From Isurus oxyrinchus (taxonomy: Eukaryota), in contig JANJGN010000029.1 in the NCBI GenBank assembly GCA_026770705.1, positions 17,298,118 to 17,362,000 on the forward strand: a stretch of 63,883 bases of DNA, read 5' to 3'. The first letter of the stretch is position 1. Every line of letters begins with the position of its first letter. The notes under the pieces are model-generated. The model ran no database searches, was not told the origin of the DNA, and saw only the letters and a list, made by a program, of their open reading frames with translations. The translations under genes were made by a program, and so were the position numbers. This document shows positions 1 through 12,894 of the stretch, in pieces.

Positions 1-72
1 CACTGCTCTTCTGTAGATTTCCCTAAAGTAGCTGTTCCCAGTCTACCAAATTAAGGAATTTTGAATTAAGTA

Positions 73-1586
73 TTGCTGAAAATGCCAAACCTTTTTGTCT
101 TGCACTCATCAGGACACTGCACAAGTATAAGAGGAATACGACAATTTATATTGAATGTGAAGAGTGCTGATTAGTTGGCAAGTGGACTAAGGTTGTCAGT
201 CGAGCTCATAGTGTGGCACATATGCGTGTTACTGACTTAGATGAGGGGAGTGAAGACACGGTAGCTAGATTTGCTGATGACACAAAGATAGCTAGGAAAG
301 TGTGTTGTGAAGAGGACATGAGGAGGTTACAGATGTGGATATAGATAGGTTGACTGAGTGAGCAAAGATCTGGCAAATGGAGTTTAATGTGGGGAAAATG
401 TGAAGTTCACTTTGGCGAGACGAATAAAAAAGTAGAGTACTACTTAAATGGGGAACTGCTGCATAATTCTGAGGTGCAGAGGGGTCTAGGTGTTCTAGTA
501 CATGAGACAAAAAGTTAGCGTGCAGGTACAGCAAGTAATTAAGGCAGCTAATGGAATACTATCCTTTATTGAGAGGGATTGAACATGAAAGTAAGGATGT
601 TATGCTTCAGTTATACAGGGCAATGGTATGACAACACCTTGCATACTGTGTGTGCAGTTTTGGTCTCATTTAAGGAAGGATGTAAATGCATTTCAGGCGG
701 TTCAAAGGAGGTTTATTAAATTGATACCTGGTATAAGTGAGTTGTCTTAAGAGGAAAGGTTGGACAGACTGGACTTGTTTCCACTGGAGTTTAGAGGAGT
801 GAGGGGTGATTTGATTGAAGTATAAAAGATCTTGAATGGCCTTGACAAGGTGGACATTGAAAGGATGTCCAGAACTAGGGGGCACTGTTTTAGAATTAGG
901 TGTCGCCCTTTTAGGACAGAGATGAGGAGATTTTTTTTCTCTCAGACGGTTGTGCGACTTTGGAATTCTCTGCCTCAGAAGGTGATGGAGGCAGGGGCAT
1001 TGAATATTTTTAAGACAGAGGAAGACAGATTCTTGTTAGGCAAGGGAATCAAAGGTTATCGGGGTTAGATGGGAATGTGGAAATTGAAACACAAGCAGAT
1101 CAGCCATGATCTTATTGAATGGCGCAGCAGGCTTGAGGGGACGAATGGTCTACTCCTGTTCCTATTTCTTATATTCTATGTACTAGAAGCTACATATATT
1201 AATACACAGACCCTGTTCTTTGCAGACAGATAGAATATGTACACACATTGTGCCTGTTTCAGCTAAACAAAATAAATGACAGCCATTTGCTGACTCAAAC
1301 CTCAGAGCAATGTCTTGACCAATCAGGGTCAAGCTGTCTGTCTGGTTTAAATTTCAAACAATGCTTGGCAGTTAACTGTCAGTTACTATCACTGGTCCAT
1401 TCTCCATGGCAACATCTCTGCCAGAGTCCACTTGCTAACCAATCGGCATTCTCTTCACATACAGTATAAATTGTTGTTTTCCTCTGATATTGGTAATCTT
1501 GCGAAGTGTCCTGATGATCGCAAGATGAAAAGTTTTGACGTCTTTTCTTTCCAGCAATGCTCAAGTTCTGTACTACCAAACGACTA
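73..1586. mobile_element. Second Penelope-like family: tail-out inverted insertion (minus arm ~73-189, plus arm ~191-1586), split by a CR1
   Basis: GIY-YIG C-terminus VVSRAHSVAHMRV / LEATYINTQ..VLCRQ on either side of the CR1; CTGATGA..GAAA-type motif in both arms; TSD TTTGAATTAAGTA at 60-72 and 1587-1599. Confidence 0.75.
232..1180 (+). mobile_element. CR1 LINE 3' fragment
   Basis: FADDTK, W...FNVGKCEV, RRFFFSQ.VVRLWNSLP and a typical CR1 3' UTR. Confidence 0.88.
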
Positions 1587-2589
1587 TTTGAATTAAGTAG
1601 TAATGTACAGTCATCACTATTAGAATCTTGCCTATACAGGACACAATCATGTGTTCGCTGTTGTGCTTAATGAACAATTATTTTATATAATCTTGTTTTA
1701 AAGGCTGCAGAAAATGGGAAGAAACACAGAGCAGTCACAACTTGCAATTAACAAGCTCAAATACTTTATTAGAGATATTTAATATCTCTGTCCTGCAGCT
1801 GATGTATAAACTCTCACCTTTACACTGGTTACATGTCAAGGTTATTATGGATGCAAGAGGCTATTCAGTCCGTCTGACTCCTCATCCATCTAGAGACTCC
1901 CCCACCCCCCACACCTACCAACCCCCTAACCCTCCCACCAACCCCCTACCACCCGCCAACAGTGTATCGTCCAACTTTTAAAAAATTATCCGGTGGTTTT
2001 TTCCTCCACAGCTGTATCTGGAAGGCCATTCCACGCAAAGAACTGGCTGTGTCAATCATAAACATACCTTTTGTTCGCTTGCACCTGCGTCCTTGTCCTA
2101 ATTGCATAGTTTGAAGCAATTTTCCAGATTTACTTTTCTCGTATTGTTAATAAAATTATATACTTTGAGAAGATTGTCTCTTAAACATCTTTCAAAACTG
2201 AAAAAAATCAAAGTTTCTCCAATCTTTCCTCATAGGAGCATAGAACTTATAACTCTGGCTTCACATTAGGGATGTCTTCGAGCTTTTTCCTACACTAACT
2301 CTCATGGTCAGAACTGGACACAGTACTCAAGCTATTATCTGACCAGAGCATTGTATCCAGCTTTTACACACTTCCTCTGAACTGCATTCTTCTGTATTGG
2401 CTTTTAAATTTAACATTCTAATGCACGTTTCTACAGCTATTAGGAATGAATTCCTGTGACTGAAAGTCCTTTCAATTTCCAGCCATAACTATTTTCTCCC
2501 CTTTTACCCCTTCTCTCCTGCAGGTGGTGGTTAAGATGCCTGGATGGCGTGTACCAGATAGTAAGATCTACATTTAGCTGTGTTACAGG

Positions 2590-3190
2590 TCATTCTCAGG
2601 TCGGCAGTCTGTGACTAGTGGGTTACTATAAAGATCAGTGCTTGGGCCCCAGTTGTTCACAATCTAGATCAATGATTTGGATGTGGAGATCCATTATAAT
2701 ATTTCCAAGTTTGCTGATGACACAAAACTAGGTGGGAATGAGAGTTGTGAGGTGGATGCAAAGAGGCTTCAAGGGGACTCAGACAGGCTAAGTGAGTGGG
2801 CAAGAACATGGCAAATGGATTATAATGTGGAAAAATGTGAAATTATCCACTTTGGTAGGAAAAACAGAAATGCAGAGTATTTCTTAAATGATTGAGAGAT
2901 TCAGGGACAGAGTCTCAGAATAAGGGGAAGGCCATTTAGGAGCAACGAGGAGGAAGTTCTTCACTCAGCAGGTGGTGAATCTTTGGAATTCATCAACCCC
3001 AGAGGGCCGTGGAGGCTCAGACATTGAGTATGTTCAAGACAGATTGACAGATTTTTAGTTATTAAAGACATCAAAGAATATGGGGATAGTGTAGAAAAAT
3101 GGCATTCAGGTAGAAGATCAGCCATGATCAAGTTGAATGGCAGAGCAGACTCGATGGGTCGAATGACCTACTTCTGCTCCTATGTTCCAG
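2590..3190 (+). mobile_element. CR1 LINE 3' fragment with internal deletion
   Basis: ISKFADDTKLGG...WQMDYNVEKCEIIHFG and a CR1 tail. Confidence 0.85.
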
Positions 3191-4334
3191 TTCGCAGGGA
3201 ACTCCCTCCCTTTCCGAATAGCTCACAAACAAGTTTTTTTACAATCAGCCTTTGCCTTCTTGCTGACAGGGATCTTTTGATAAGTCCCAGTGATTACCCC
3301 TCGTCTTCAATATTACCAAATCAAAAATGAATGAGTTTCCCTTTCATTTTGAAAAATGCACATCAAATTCTGCATGAAATTTAGAAAAGCTGCCCGATTA
3401 GGTCCAACAACCAGAGCAGGGCCAGCCTTGCACAGGCCTCGCTCCGCATTCCACATTAACTGTTTCACTTTAAACTAATCTAACAGAGAGCAATCATTTT
3501 TTACCTGCTCTGGGCCAAGTTCTATGTCACTCAAACTGTTCTGTGAACTGTGTAGCAGACACAGCTACAAATTTTGAGGAGCCTCAGCGAACATTTAACC
3601 TGCAGTACCCTATGGAGTATTCTCAGCATATCTCCAAATACAGAGACACCATGCAACCACTCAGATGGCACACAGTAAATCAAAAATGGCCTTCACACTC
3701 AATAGAATGACAATCAGTGATTAATCCACTGGCCAAGCGCTGGAGGTTTATTAGAGGATAAAGTAAGTTGGCAATCCCTCAAACTCTATTACTTCCACGA
3801 TCTTGAACAGCTGTTGCTTTTATAATACTTTATTCTCTAATGAGCCTGTGCACACTTCTCTATTGTCCGGTAACCAACTGTGGATGAAAGAATGGATGTG
3901 TGACCAACTCCTAGACGCTTGTCAAAGCTCATCTTAACCAGCCGTTGGGACGTGGATGTAACAAAGCAGAAGGGGGGGATGGAAAAAAACAAACATCGTG
4001 TAGGAGTTAGAAGAATGGAGATAAAAGCAATGAGTGGCACTTCCTCTAATTTTCCTTCCCAGAACCTGAGGAAACAAAAGCTGTTGAAAAGTCAAGATGG
4101 ATCCTGCTTATATCCACTGTTATTTCCTTTATACCTGGGCGGGGGAAGATAAAGGATACATAAAAATGAGCTTGGTATATAATTTAGAGTTGTGTTTCTA
4201 ATTCACAAGTGGCAAATTAAAGGACTGAGTAGCATCAGTAAGGTGCTGATCATACTGCACAGTTCTTAATGTATTCAGTTTATACCTTACTTTAGGCAAC
4301 TAATTAAAAGTTAATTTTAAATATAAACTAAAAG

Positions 4335-4853
4335 AAAAAAAGAACTTGCATTTATATAATGCCTTTCATGACCACAGAACATCCCAAAATGCTTTAGAGG
4401 CAGGCAATGTTGTACTTTTGAAGTTCTTCTTAGGCAGTCCCTTGGATTGAGGATAACTTGCTTCTACTCCAATTTTGAAGTTTATTCACTGTTGTTAGGT
4501 AGGAAACAAGGCAGCCATTTGCACGCAGCAAACTCCCACGTGATAATGACAAGATCATATGTTTTTTGTGACGTTGATTGAAGGATAAATGTTGGCCAGG
4601 ACATCAGCGAGAACTCCCCTGCTCTTCTTCCAAATGGTGCCACTAGATCGTTGACATCCACCTGGGAGGGCAGATGGGCCTTGGTATAACATCTCAGCTG
4701 AAGGACAGTAACTCCGACAGTGCAGGACTCCCTCGGTATTGCACTGGAGTGTCAGCTTTCGATTTTTGTACTCAGGATCTGGAGTGGAACTTGAGCCCAC
4801 AACCTTGTGACTCAGAGGCGAGAGTGCTACCAACTGAGCCACAGCAGAGACTG
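4335..4853 (-). mobile_element. tRNA-derived Deu-domain SINE (SacSINE1-like)
   Basis: Minus strand has TGGCTCAGTTGG A box and B-box-like head, Deu-type core (GAAGAAGAGCAGGGGAGTTCTC..GTCCTGGCCAA) and L2-like tail. Confidence 0.75.
4426..4472 (-). mobile_element. 47-bp RTE-like 3' tail inserted in the SINE
   Basis: Flanked by the 10-bp direct repeat TTTTGAAGTT (4416-4425, 4473-4482); minus strand ends GGGACTGCCTAAGAAG. Confidence 0.6.
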
Positions 4854-5122
4854 AAACTATAACTACAGTACACTGACACATGAATAACAATGGGTCAGGC
4901 AATAAACTGCAGGTATCATCAATGCTCCCCGTTTTGATTCCGTCACCAATGACATGGAAAGACCATTTAATGTAATATCATTTGTAATTTAATAGGTTCA
5001 AAAAATGAAGGGCTACGTTAGAAAGTTGAGGTACATCTATACATTGGAAATGGGTGTAAAAACACACAGCAAGTTTACCTTTCTACTGGTCCTGAATAAG
5101 TAACTGAAGTAATAACAATTGT

Positions 5123-6215
5123 CTTCTTCTTATCGTGTCCACAGACAGTCTATACATGGCCCAGCCAGAACTGGACATGTTTTTGTGCCTTGTTGAATTT
5201 GGCAAGATCTGCAACAAAGCAGGGTTCCTCTAGCGATAGACATTGCAGGAGATGTTGCATAGTCTGTGGCTCAGTTCCATATTCACAAGTTGTCGGGCAG
5301 GTTGTATATCCCCATTTGCTTAGTGACACCTTTGAACCACCTAAACCAGTCCTAAGTCTGTTAAGGCACTTCCAGGTTGCCCAGTCGCAATTAGCTCCTG
5401 GGGGAAGGCTTTCATCTGGTAGAATTTCCATCGCTGGGGGTTGTTTGAGACTGGCGAGTCGGTCTTTCCACAAGGTGATGCACAAGGGCCTCAGATGGGA
5501 TCGACTGTAATGAAACAACACTGTTCATGAAGCTTTCTTGACATTAGGCGGCTGGGTGTAGGTGTATGACCATGTAGAGGGTGCCTCTCATCTGATGTTT
5601 GACGGAGTCGCTCTTTCTTGCTGGCTAATGTTCTTCTTGTATCAAGGGGAGCGATACCCACCAGGATATATTGGCTGTTGGTGTTTGTTGGTTTTAAACA
5701 GCCTGTGATAAGTCGGCAGCTTGCATTCAGAATGGCATCCATCTTCTTAGCATGAGTAGATCTTTCCCATGCAGGACAGGCGTACTTGGCAGTGGAATAG
5801 CAAAGAGCAAGTGCACTGGTTCGCAATGTTTTCAAGCTTGCTCCCCATTTTGTGTTAGTGAGCTTATTCAGGATGTTGTTTCTTGCGCTCACTTTTGACT
5901 TTGTCTTTTCGATGTGGTTCTTGAAGGTGAGGCATCTGTCAATGGTGACTCCTAAGTAGATAGGGTGCTCGCAATGCGTCGGTGTTGCTCCACATCAGGT
6001 TACTTTAAGCTGGCATTTGGCTTCACAGTTTCTGAGGTGAAATGCACAAACTTGCGTCTTTGACAGGTTTGCGCGAAGATGGTTTTCTTCATAGTAAGAT
6101 GTTAGTCCCTCCAAGTCCTCAGAAAGCGTTTTCTCCAAGGAAATGTTGAGGCCAAGGTTCACATTGTGGCCCTGTTTCAACCAATTCTACCACCACCACG
6201 CACAGCAAGTAGTGT
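5123..6215 (-). mobile_element. Ingi/Vingi-clade LINE fragment
   Basis: ARNNILNKL..KWGA, ALALCYSTAKYACPAW, LNRLRTG, C-terminal C..G...QTMQHLLQC; (AAG)n tail; TSD ATAACAATTGT at 5112-5122 and 6216-6226. Confidence 0.75.
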
Positions 6216-6879
6216 ATAACAATTGTAATAAGTAATAAAAGCTTCCACCAAAGCAGGGAAACAGCAAATGGGAAAGACACTAATCCACAAAGGAGCAATG
6301 AACTTTTATTCAATCTGTCTCAGTCAGTTTTAAAATTCAGTCAAAAGATTTTTTAAGTTTAAATAAATCGGACAATCATTGGTTTACACTCTTGTCTGTC
6401 CTTCACTATGAGCTCAGAGAAGCAAATTATGGCAGATCCCATAATGAAAGTAAAATTTCATTCACAATGTCACAAACTAAGCTGAAAATTGTGTGTTGTG
6501 AGCCTCGCACTGCTGAGAATACAACAGCACTCATCAAGGAAGCAGAGAGCAGATCCCTGTGTCACATTATCAAAATACCCTCGGGCCTGATGGCTGGGGG
6601 GGGGGAGGGGGGGGGGGGGGGGGCAAAAAAAAAAAATCACTGTTATTTGCCCAGGGCTTCAGATTAATCATCACCCACAGTCAAGAGGTTTACAAAGATC
6701 CCCTAAAGCCAGTGATTATATTACAATTTACGTTTAGCCTCTACGATCCATAAATTTGGCAACATACAATCTCAATGAAATGAGAGATGATGTTCATGAT
6801 AGTAATTGTGCTATATTATATACTAAAATTGCACTGGAAACAGACAGCCTATTGTACTTTAAGATTATCTCATGAAAAT

Positions 6880-8010
6880 TATTGCTAGAATTTATATAGC
6901 GCCTTTAATGTAGGAAAACATCCCATAGGATTGTAATCAGACTGGAACTGATACTGAGCCAAAGGAGGAGGAACAATGAAAGCCTTAGTCAGCAGTAGTC
7001 TGGAAGTGAAAAAAGGAAGGCAGAGGGGTCTATGGAGAGATTTCCAGAGCTCAGACCTAGATGCTTCAACGCACAGTGGACAACAGTGGACCAGGACATG
7101 GGATAGCAGGGTTTATGGAAGAGGCCTGAATTGGAACAAAACAGCTCATGTAGTGACATATAGATGGAGGAGGTTACAGAGAAAGGGAGGGGTGAGACCA
7201 TGAAGGGATTTGAATATGAGTATGAACGTTTAAAATTTGAGAGAATGGAGGATCAGGGATCAATGCGGGTTAGTGAGCACAGGGTTGATAGGTGAATGGG
7301 ATATGGTGAGAGTTAGGATATTGGCAGCAGAGATTTGAATGAGTTCAAGTGTACAAAGGGTGTAAAAGTGAAGGCTGGCCAGGACAACAATGGAACAGTC
7401 AAGTCTGGAAGTAATAAAAGGGTTTCAGTAGCCGGTTAGCAGAGGGAGGGGTGGAGACTGACCAAGTTGAGGATGTATGCGATCTTGGTGATGGAGTAAA
7501 TAGGGGGTTGGATGCTCATTTCAGAGTCAAGTAGAGGTTGTGAGCAGTCAATTTTAATCTGAGACAATGGCAGGGGGCGAGGTGGAATCAATATCAAAGG
7601 AAGAGGGCTGGTGGCAGGGTCCAAAAGTCTATGGCTTTGCTCTATCCAATGTTCAACTGAAGGAAACTGTGGCTTATCAAAGACTTGATGTTGTACACGC
7701 AACGTAGAGACAGTGAAGGATTTGAAAGCGGTGGAGGGATGGCTGGATGGTATCAGAATGTGGAATTCAATATCATGTCTTCTGATCACCGAGTTGCAGT
7801 GTGTAACTGAGAAATAGAAAAGGGGTCAAGAAAGGTCCCTCAGCTCTCCAGAAATACCAGTGCAATAGCAGAAAGAGAAGCCACTGAAGGGGATTCTCAG
7901 GCTACCACTGAGTAGGTAAAAGTGGAACCAGTTTTGGACTGTCCCACTGAGTGGACAAGCTGACATAGTCAAATGTGTCAAAAGCTGCAGAAAAGTCAAG
8001 AAAGATGAGG
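6880..8010 (-). mobile_element. Old L2 LINE 3' fragment
   Basis: Degenerate L2 3' UTR and RT-end sequence shared with other copies in the window. Confidence 0.6.
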
Positions 8011-9274
8011 AGATGCATCACATCTCATCATGGGTGCAATTTTCTTTCCTACCTCCCTTTCCAATGATTTCTCCATCTTACCTGCCCACTCCCATGAAGA
8101 TTATGAATTCTTTTCTGGGATTATAGCTTCACAGGCTCCCTCTATAATTCACCCAAAGTTCATGTGCGAGCCCAAGTAATATCAGCTCTAATCCTGTCTT
8201 CACCCAAGATACAGACAGACACAGACACAGAGTAATGTTGAATTCTGATAAGGACTGATTTTCCCCTATTCATCCAGGCACATTGAGATCAAGTGCAACA
8301 ACCTGTCCCACTGAGGTCAGCTACAGAATTCAGCACAATCTAGGTGGGTCATCACTAAAGAGTCTCAGCACTAATTTGCAGAAAATGTAATATTAAACCT
8401 AAAGTCCTGAGGAAAGCTCATCAACCTGAAACAGGATCGCTCTTTCTCCCCACATATGCTGCCTGGCCTGCTGAGCATTTCCAACATTTTCTGTTTCTAT
8501 ATCAGACAATGCTAGTTGAGGGAATTAAGATTACAATATAGTTTTGGGGTTTTGATGTTATAAATCATGTAACAATGCTTCCCAGGCCATCATTATTTGC
8601 ATTTGTTTGAACGATCATTAAAACCTATATAATATTGTTGCATTAACAAAGCATGACATAAATATACAAACTCTCACCAATCATGCAATTGGTATGAAAA
8701 GCTCATGTGAATTCTTACAAATGTGACGAGGAACAATGGTGTAGCTGAATATATTCTATTGGAATTGCAGCGCATTGCAATATAATTGAGCAGTTAAACA
8801 GATAAAATCTTTGCGATACCTCACATGTTTCATCAACTGACATCAACTTTAAAATTATAAAGCACCTTTAATGAAGTAAAATGTCCCAGGGAACTGATCA
8901 AACAAAATCTGACACCAACCCACATAAACTGATATTAGAATGAGTGAGTAAAAGCTTAATCTAAGAGGTAGGTTTCAAGGGGAGCCTTAAAGGAAAAGAA
9001 AGAGGTAAAAGAGGCAGACAGAGGTTATACAAGGAATATACATACGGTCATGGCAACTAAGGACACAATTACCAATATGAGGATTGGAACAAGTGGCACA
9101 CCTAAAACATAACTGCTCAATCCTCTTATTTAGTTGAGCATTTTCCAGATAAAGCGCAGATTAAAATGCCTCTCAGAAACTCAGCACACTAAAGAGCAAT
9201 CAATACCAGACAGCAACTTTCAGCCTGTAATTTAACCTTGAGTGATGGTTAAAAAAACAGCAAGGGTTCACGCT

Positions 9275-10024
9275 GTATTCACTGCTCCCAATGCAGTCTA
9301 CTGTATGTTGGGGAGACTAAACAAAGACTGAGTGACCACTTTGCTGAATACCTTTGCTCAGTCCACAAGCATGACCCAGACCTCCTTGTCGCTTGCCATT
9401 TCAACTCACCATCTTGCTCCCATACCCACAGCCCATCCTTGGCCTGCTGCAATGTTCTAGTGAAGCCCAAAGCAAACTGGAGAAACAGCAACTCATCTTC
9501 CAATTAAGCATTTTACAGCCTTCCAGGCTTAACATTGAGTTCAACATATTCAGACCATGAACTTTATCCTCCATCTTTACCCCCTTTTTAATCCAGTTTC
9601 ATTTTTTAATTCTTTCCCCCAACCTCCACATGGCCATCTGTCACTTGTTCTTATGTTTTGCTTTTGCAGAGTGCAACCTTGTTCTGACCCTTGTTCTGCT
9701 ATGAACATATTCTGCTTTCTTATCTTTAAGCCACTATCAACACCGCCTTTAGTCTTTAACACTCTCTTTGCCTGTGCCCATGACATCTTTGTCAAATTTC
9801 TCCTGAGCTCCCACCTATCCTTGACCTTCTATTTTGCTCCACCCCCTCTGAAACAGTATAACATCTATCACATTTCTACCTCTCTTTAGCTCTGAAGAGT
9901 CGTACAGGCTTGAAATGTTAACTGTTTCTCTTTCCACAGATGCTGCCACACTTGCTGAGTTTTTCCAGCATTTTCAGTTTTTATTTCAGATCTCCAACAT
10001 CCACAGTATTTTGCTTTTATCTTA
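9275..10024 (+). mobile_element. 5'-truncated Penelope-like element (GIY-YIG end plus 3' tail)
   Basis: CIHCSQCSLLYVGETKQRLSDHFAE remnant; same tail as other copies; imperfect TSD AGGGTTCACGCT / GGGGTTCACACT. Confidence 0.85.
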
Positions 10025-10799
10025 GGGGTTCACACTCGTTGTATGATGTTATCTAAACCTGAATGGATTTAATATCTTGTAATCACCTTCTGCTACCCAA
10101 CAGTCTGAATCTTCTATCCAAAACTCAGCACTCCAACAATGGCCTTTGCTGTAAATACTTTACAACATCAAAATCACTGGAGCTAGTCTATTCATTTCAA
10201 CTGAAAAATACAGCTAATAAAAAGCAAGAAAACTTCAAAGGAAATAAACCTACAAACAAATCATTGTAGATTATCTGCAGGAATACTATAAACGTAATCT
10301 CATTCCCATTTCTCTTTCTGTAAAGAAAATAAATAAAATTTTGCTTCCTGCACAACAGCCGGAATAACTGCACCACCTCACACAAAAAAGCTTAAATATT
10401 TCTGTCTATTGTAAATAGCTCAGTGTCACATATCAAGCCAGCTTCTTTGTTTCTTCCGCGTATCAAATAGAGATCACGCAACCAGTTAGTCTGATGGCTG
10501 AATGTGTGTGAGTAGGCTAATCTTGATCATGAAGGCTAACAATCATCATCCAAGGGCAAGGGAGGATTTAAATCAACCAGGATCCCAGCTCCTGGTAACT
10601 CATCAGTGACTCCATGTGTGGCTGGGGGACAGAATGGCTCTGGGCTACAATTCTCCGAACAGGTGAACATGTGACACAAGATTAACATAATGAAAATGGA
10701 AGCTTTCCTCAGGGTTACCAGTAGGTGGGACTGTACTCTGGTCGCCCAAGAAAGCCAGCAAATTGGGAAAAAGGGAAGGGGGGATAATTGGGAAAAAGG

Positions 10800-11210
10800 A
10801 GAGAAAAAGATATGCATTTACCTTTCACAACCTCAGGGTGTCCCAAAGTGTTTTCCAGCCAATTAAGTACTTTTGTAGCATAGTCACTATTGCAATGTTA
10901 GGATCATGAGAGCCAATTTGCACACAACAGGGTCCCAAAAACAACAGTCTGATAATGACCAGAAAGTCTGTGGTTTCTGTGATGTTGATCGAGGGACAAA
11001 GTTTGACCAGGACCCTGGGGGATAACTCCCTTGCTCTTCTTTCAACATAGTGCGCGGTGGGATCTTTTGTAGCCACCTTACAGGGTAGAAAGGTTTAACG
11101 TCATTTGAAAGACGACAACTCCGACAACGCAGCACTCTCAGGACAGCACGGTGTGTGGATCTTTTTTTTTGTCCCCAAGGCTCTGGATTGGGATTTGAAC
11201 TTTGTGAGTT
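10800..11210 (-). mobile_element. Deu-domain tRNA SINE
   Basis: Homologous to 4335-4853. Confidence 0.7.
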
Positions 11211-11520
11211 AAGTTTTTTTTTGGGGGGGGGGGATGGTGGTGAGGAGAGGCAGAGCACAGAAAATTTGGGAAGAAAGGGAGAACCAAATTCGATCAAACG
11301 AGCGTCCTATAAACTGACGGGCTCAATGATTACTGGTCTGGTGCAGAACCTATTCTGGTTTTTAAGTATGACTGGGAACAGAGTCCAGTGATGGCCAGTT
11401 TCTCCCTCCATGGGTCACCAGTCACACACTTTGCTGCCGCTTCACCTTCAACACGTTTCCTCCCGCACCAGCGGCGGGGGCGCTGAAAACCGGCCTGATT
11501 TTCACAACAGGACCACGCCG

Positions 11521-12362
11521 GAGGAGGGAGGGAGGGAGAGAGAGAAGGGGGGGGTGGTATGGAAGGGGGGGGTGGGGGGGGTGTGGGGAGTGGGGGAGGG
11601 GGGTGGTGAGGGGAGGGGTGGTGAGGGGAGGGGGGGGGGATGAGGGGATGGGGGGATGAGGGGACGGGGGGGATGAGGGGACGGGGGGATGAGGGGAGGC
11701 GGGGTGGGGAGGGGAGGGGGGATGGGGGGAATATGGGGGGAGGGAGGATATGGGGGGATGAGGGGGTGAGGGGGGAGGGGGTGGGGGGGATGAGGGGGAG
11801 GGGGGTGGGGGGGATGAGGGGGGAGGGATGAGTGGGGGGAGAGGAGAGTGGGGGGAGAGGAGAGTGGGGGGAGAGGAGAGTGGGGGGAGAGTGGGGGGAG
11901 AGGAGAGTGGGGGGAGAGGGGGGGAGAGGGGGGAGAGTGGGGGGAGAGTGGGGGAGGGGGGGCATGGGGGAAGGGGAGGGGGGCGTGGGGGAAGGGGAGG
12001 GGGACGTGGGGGAAGGGGAGGGGGACGTGGGGGAAGGGGAGGGGAAGGGGGGGGCGTGGGGGAAGGGGAAGGGGAGGGGGGGCGTGGGGGAAGGGGAGGG
12101 GGGAGGGGGAAGGGGGGCGTGGGGGAAGGGGAAGGGGGGGAAGGGGGAAGGGGGCGTGGGGGAAGGGGAAGGGGGCGTGGGGGAAGGGGAAGGGGGCGTG
12201 GGGGAAGGGGAAGGGGGCGTGGGGGAAGGGGAAGGGGGCGTGGGGGAAGGGGAGGGGAAGGGGGGGCGTGGGGGAAGGGGAGGGGAAGGGGGGGCGTGGG
12301 GGAAGGGGAGGGGAAGGGGGGGCGTGGGGGAAGGGGAGGGGAAGGGGGGGCGTGGGGGGAGG
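11521..12362 (+). repeat. Compound G-rich low-complexity tandem array with G-quadruplex potential, in DOCK intron 1
   Basis: Consecutive sub-arrays of GGGGGATGAGGGG-, GGGGAGAGGAGAGTG- and GGGGGCGTGGGGGAAGGGGAA-type units. Confidence 0.9.
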
Positions 12363-12792
12363 TGGAAACGGGGATGGCGGAAAATGAAACGAACCTAAAC
12401 ACAGGGACGGGAGCGAGAGGGGAGGCTGGTCCGCTGCGAGAGAAAGAAACGGGAAAGACGTTTCTCCCCGATGCTGGCTCCTGCCTCAGGTAAAGGAAGG
12501 CGGCTTGACACCTGCGCCGGCCCCGCCCGGGCGCAACTCCCGCACACAGGTCAAAGCCCGGCCCGCCCCGCCCCCCCCCCCCCCCCCCCCCCCCCATTGT
12601 TTTCGGCTCCTGAGGTAAATTTTGGGCTTTCTGCGACTGACTTAAATTAGAACTCCCGACTTTCGGGCGTCTCTTTCCTTTCCCTCCCCCCTCCCCCCCC
12701 CCCCCCCCGGGATAACCTCCTCAAAAGGGGCAAATAAAAAAGTTACCGCCGGCGAATAAAAAGTTGCCTCAGAACGGTTCGCGCGAACTCAC

Positions 12793-12839
12793 CGGTTAAT
12801 TTTCTGAGCGAAAGCGCGGCGCTCCGTTGAAGTGGCCAT
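12793..12839 (-). CDS. DOCK6: Coding exon 1 of a DOCK-C subfamily (DOCK6/7/8) Rac/Cdc42 GEF, most like DOCK6
   Basis: ATG at 12839 gives MATSTERRAFAQKIN-R, then a phase-2 donor CG|GTGAGT. This matches the conserved N-termini MAASERRAFAHKINR (DOCK6), MAERRAFAQKISR (DOCK7) and MATLPSAERRAFALKINR (DOCK8). Family call is strong; paralogue call is weaker. Exon 2 (TVAAEVRKQ-like) was not found in 1-12790. Confidence 0.75.
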
Positions 12840-12894
12840 CGTCTCGCCGACAGGAACCCCCCCCCACACACCCCGCCCCCGAGCGGCGGACTCA

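Noticed and set aside
4780-4853. tRNA-like A/B boxes here and near 18270, 49950 and 58650
   Set aside because: These are SINE heads joined to Deu core and L2 tail, not intact tRNA cloverleaves.
11330-12597. Long Pro-rich and Gly/Arg-rich ORFs (up to 391 aa) on both strands
   Set aside because: By-products of the G-rich tandem array, which lacks stops in most frames; no splice or domain support.
1-12790. DOCK exon 2 or a nested ANGPTL gene
   Set aside because: No TVAAEVRKQ-like or angiopoietin-like coding sequence seen by eye; probably outside the window.
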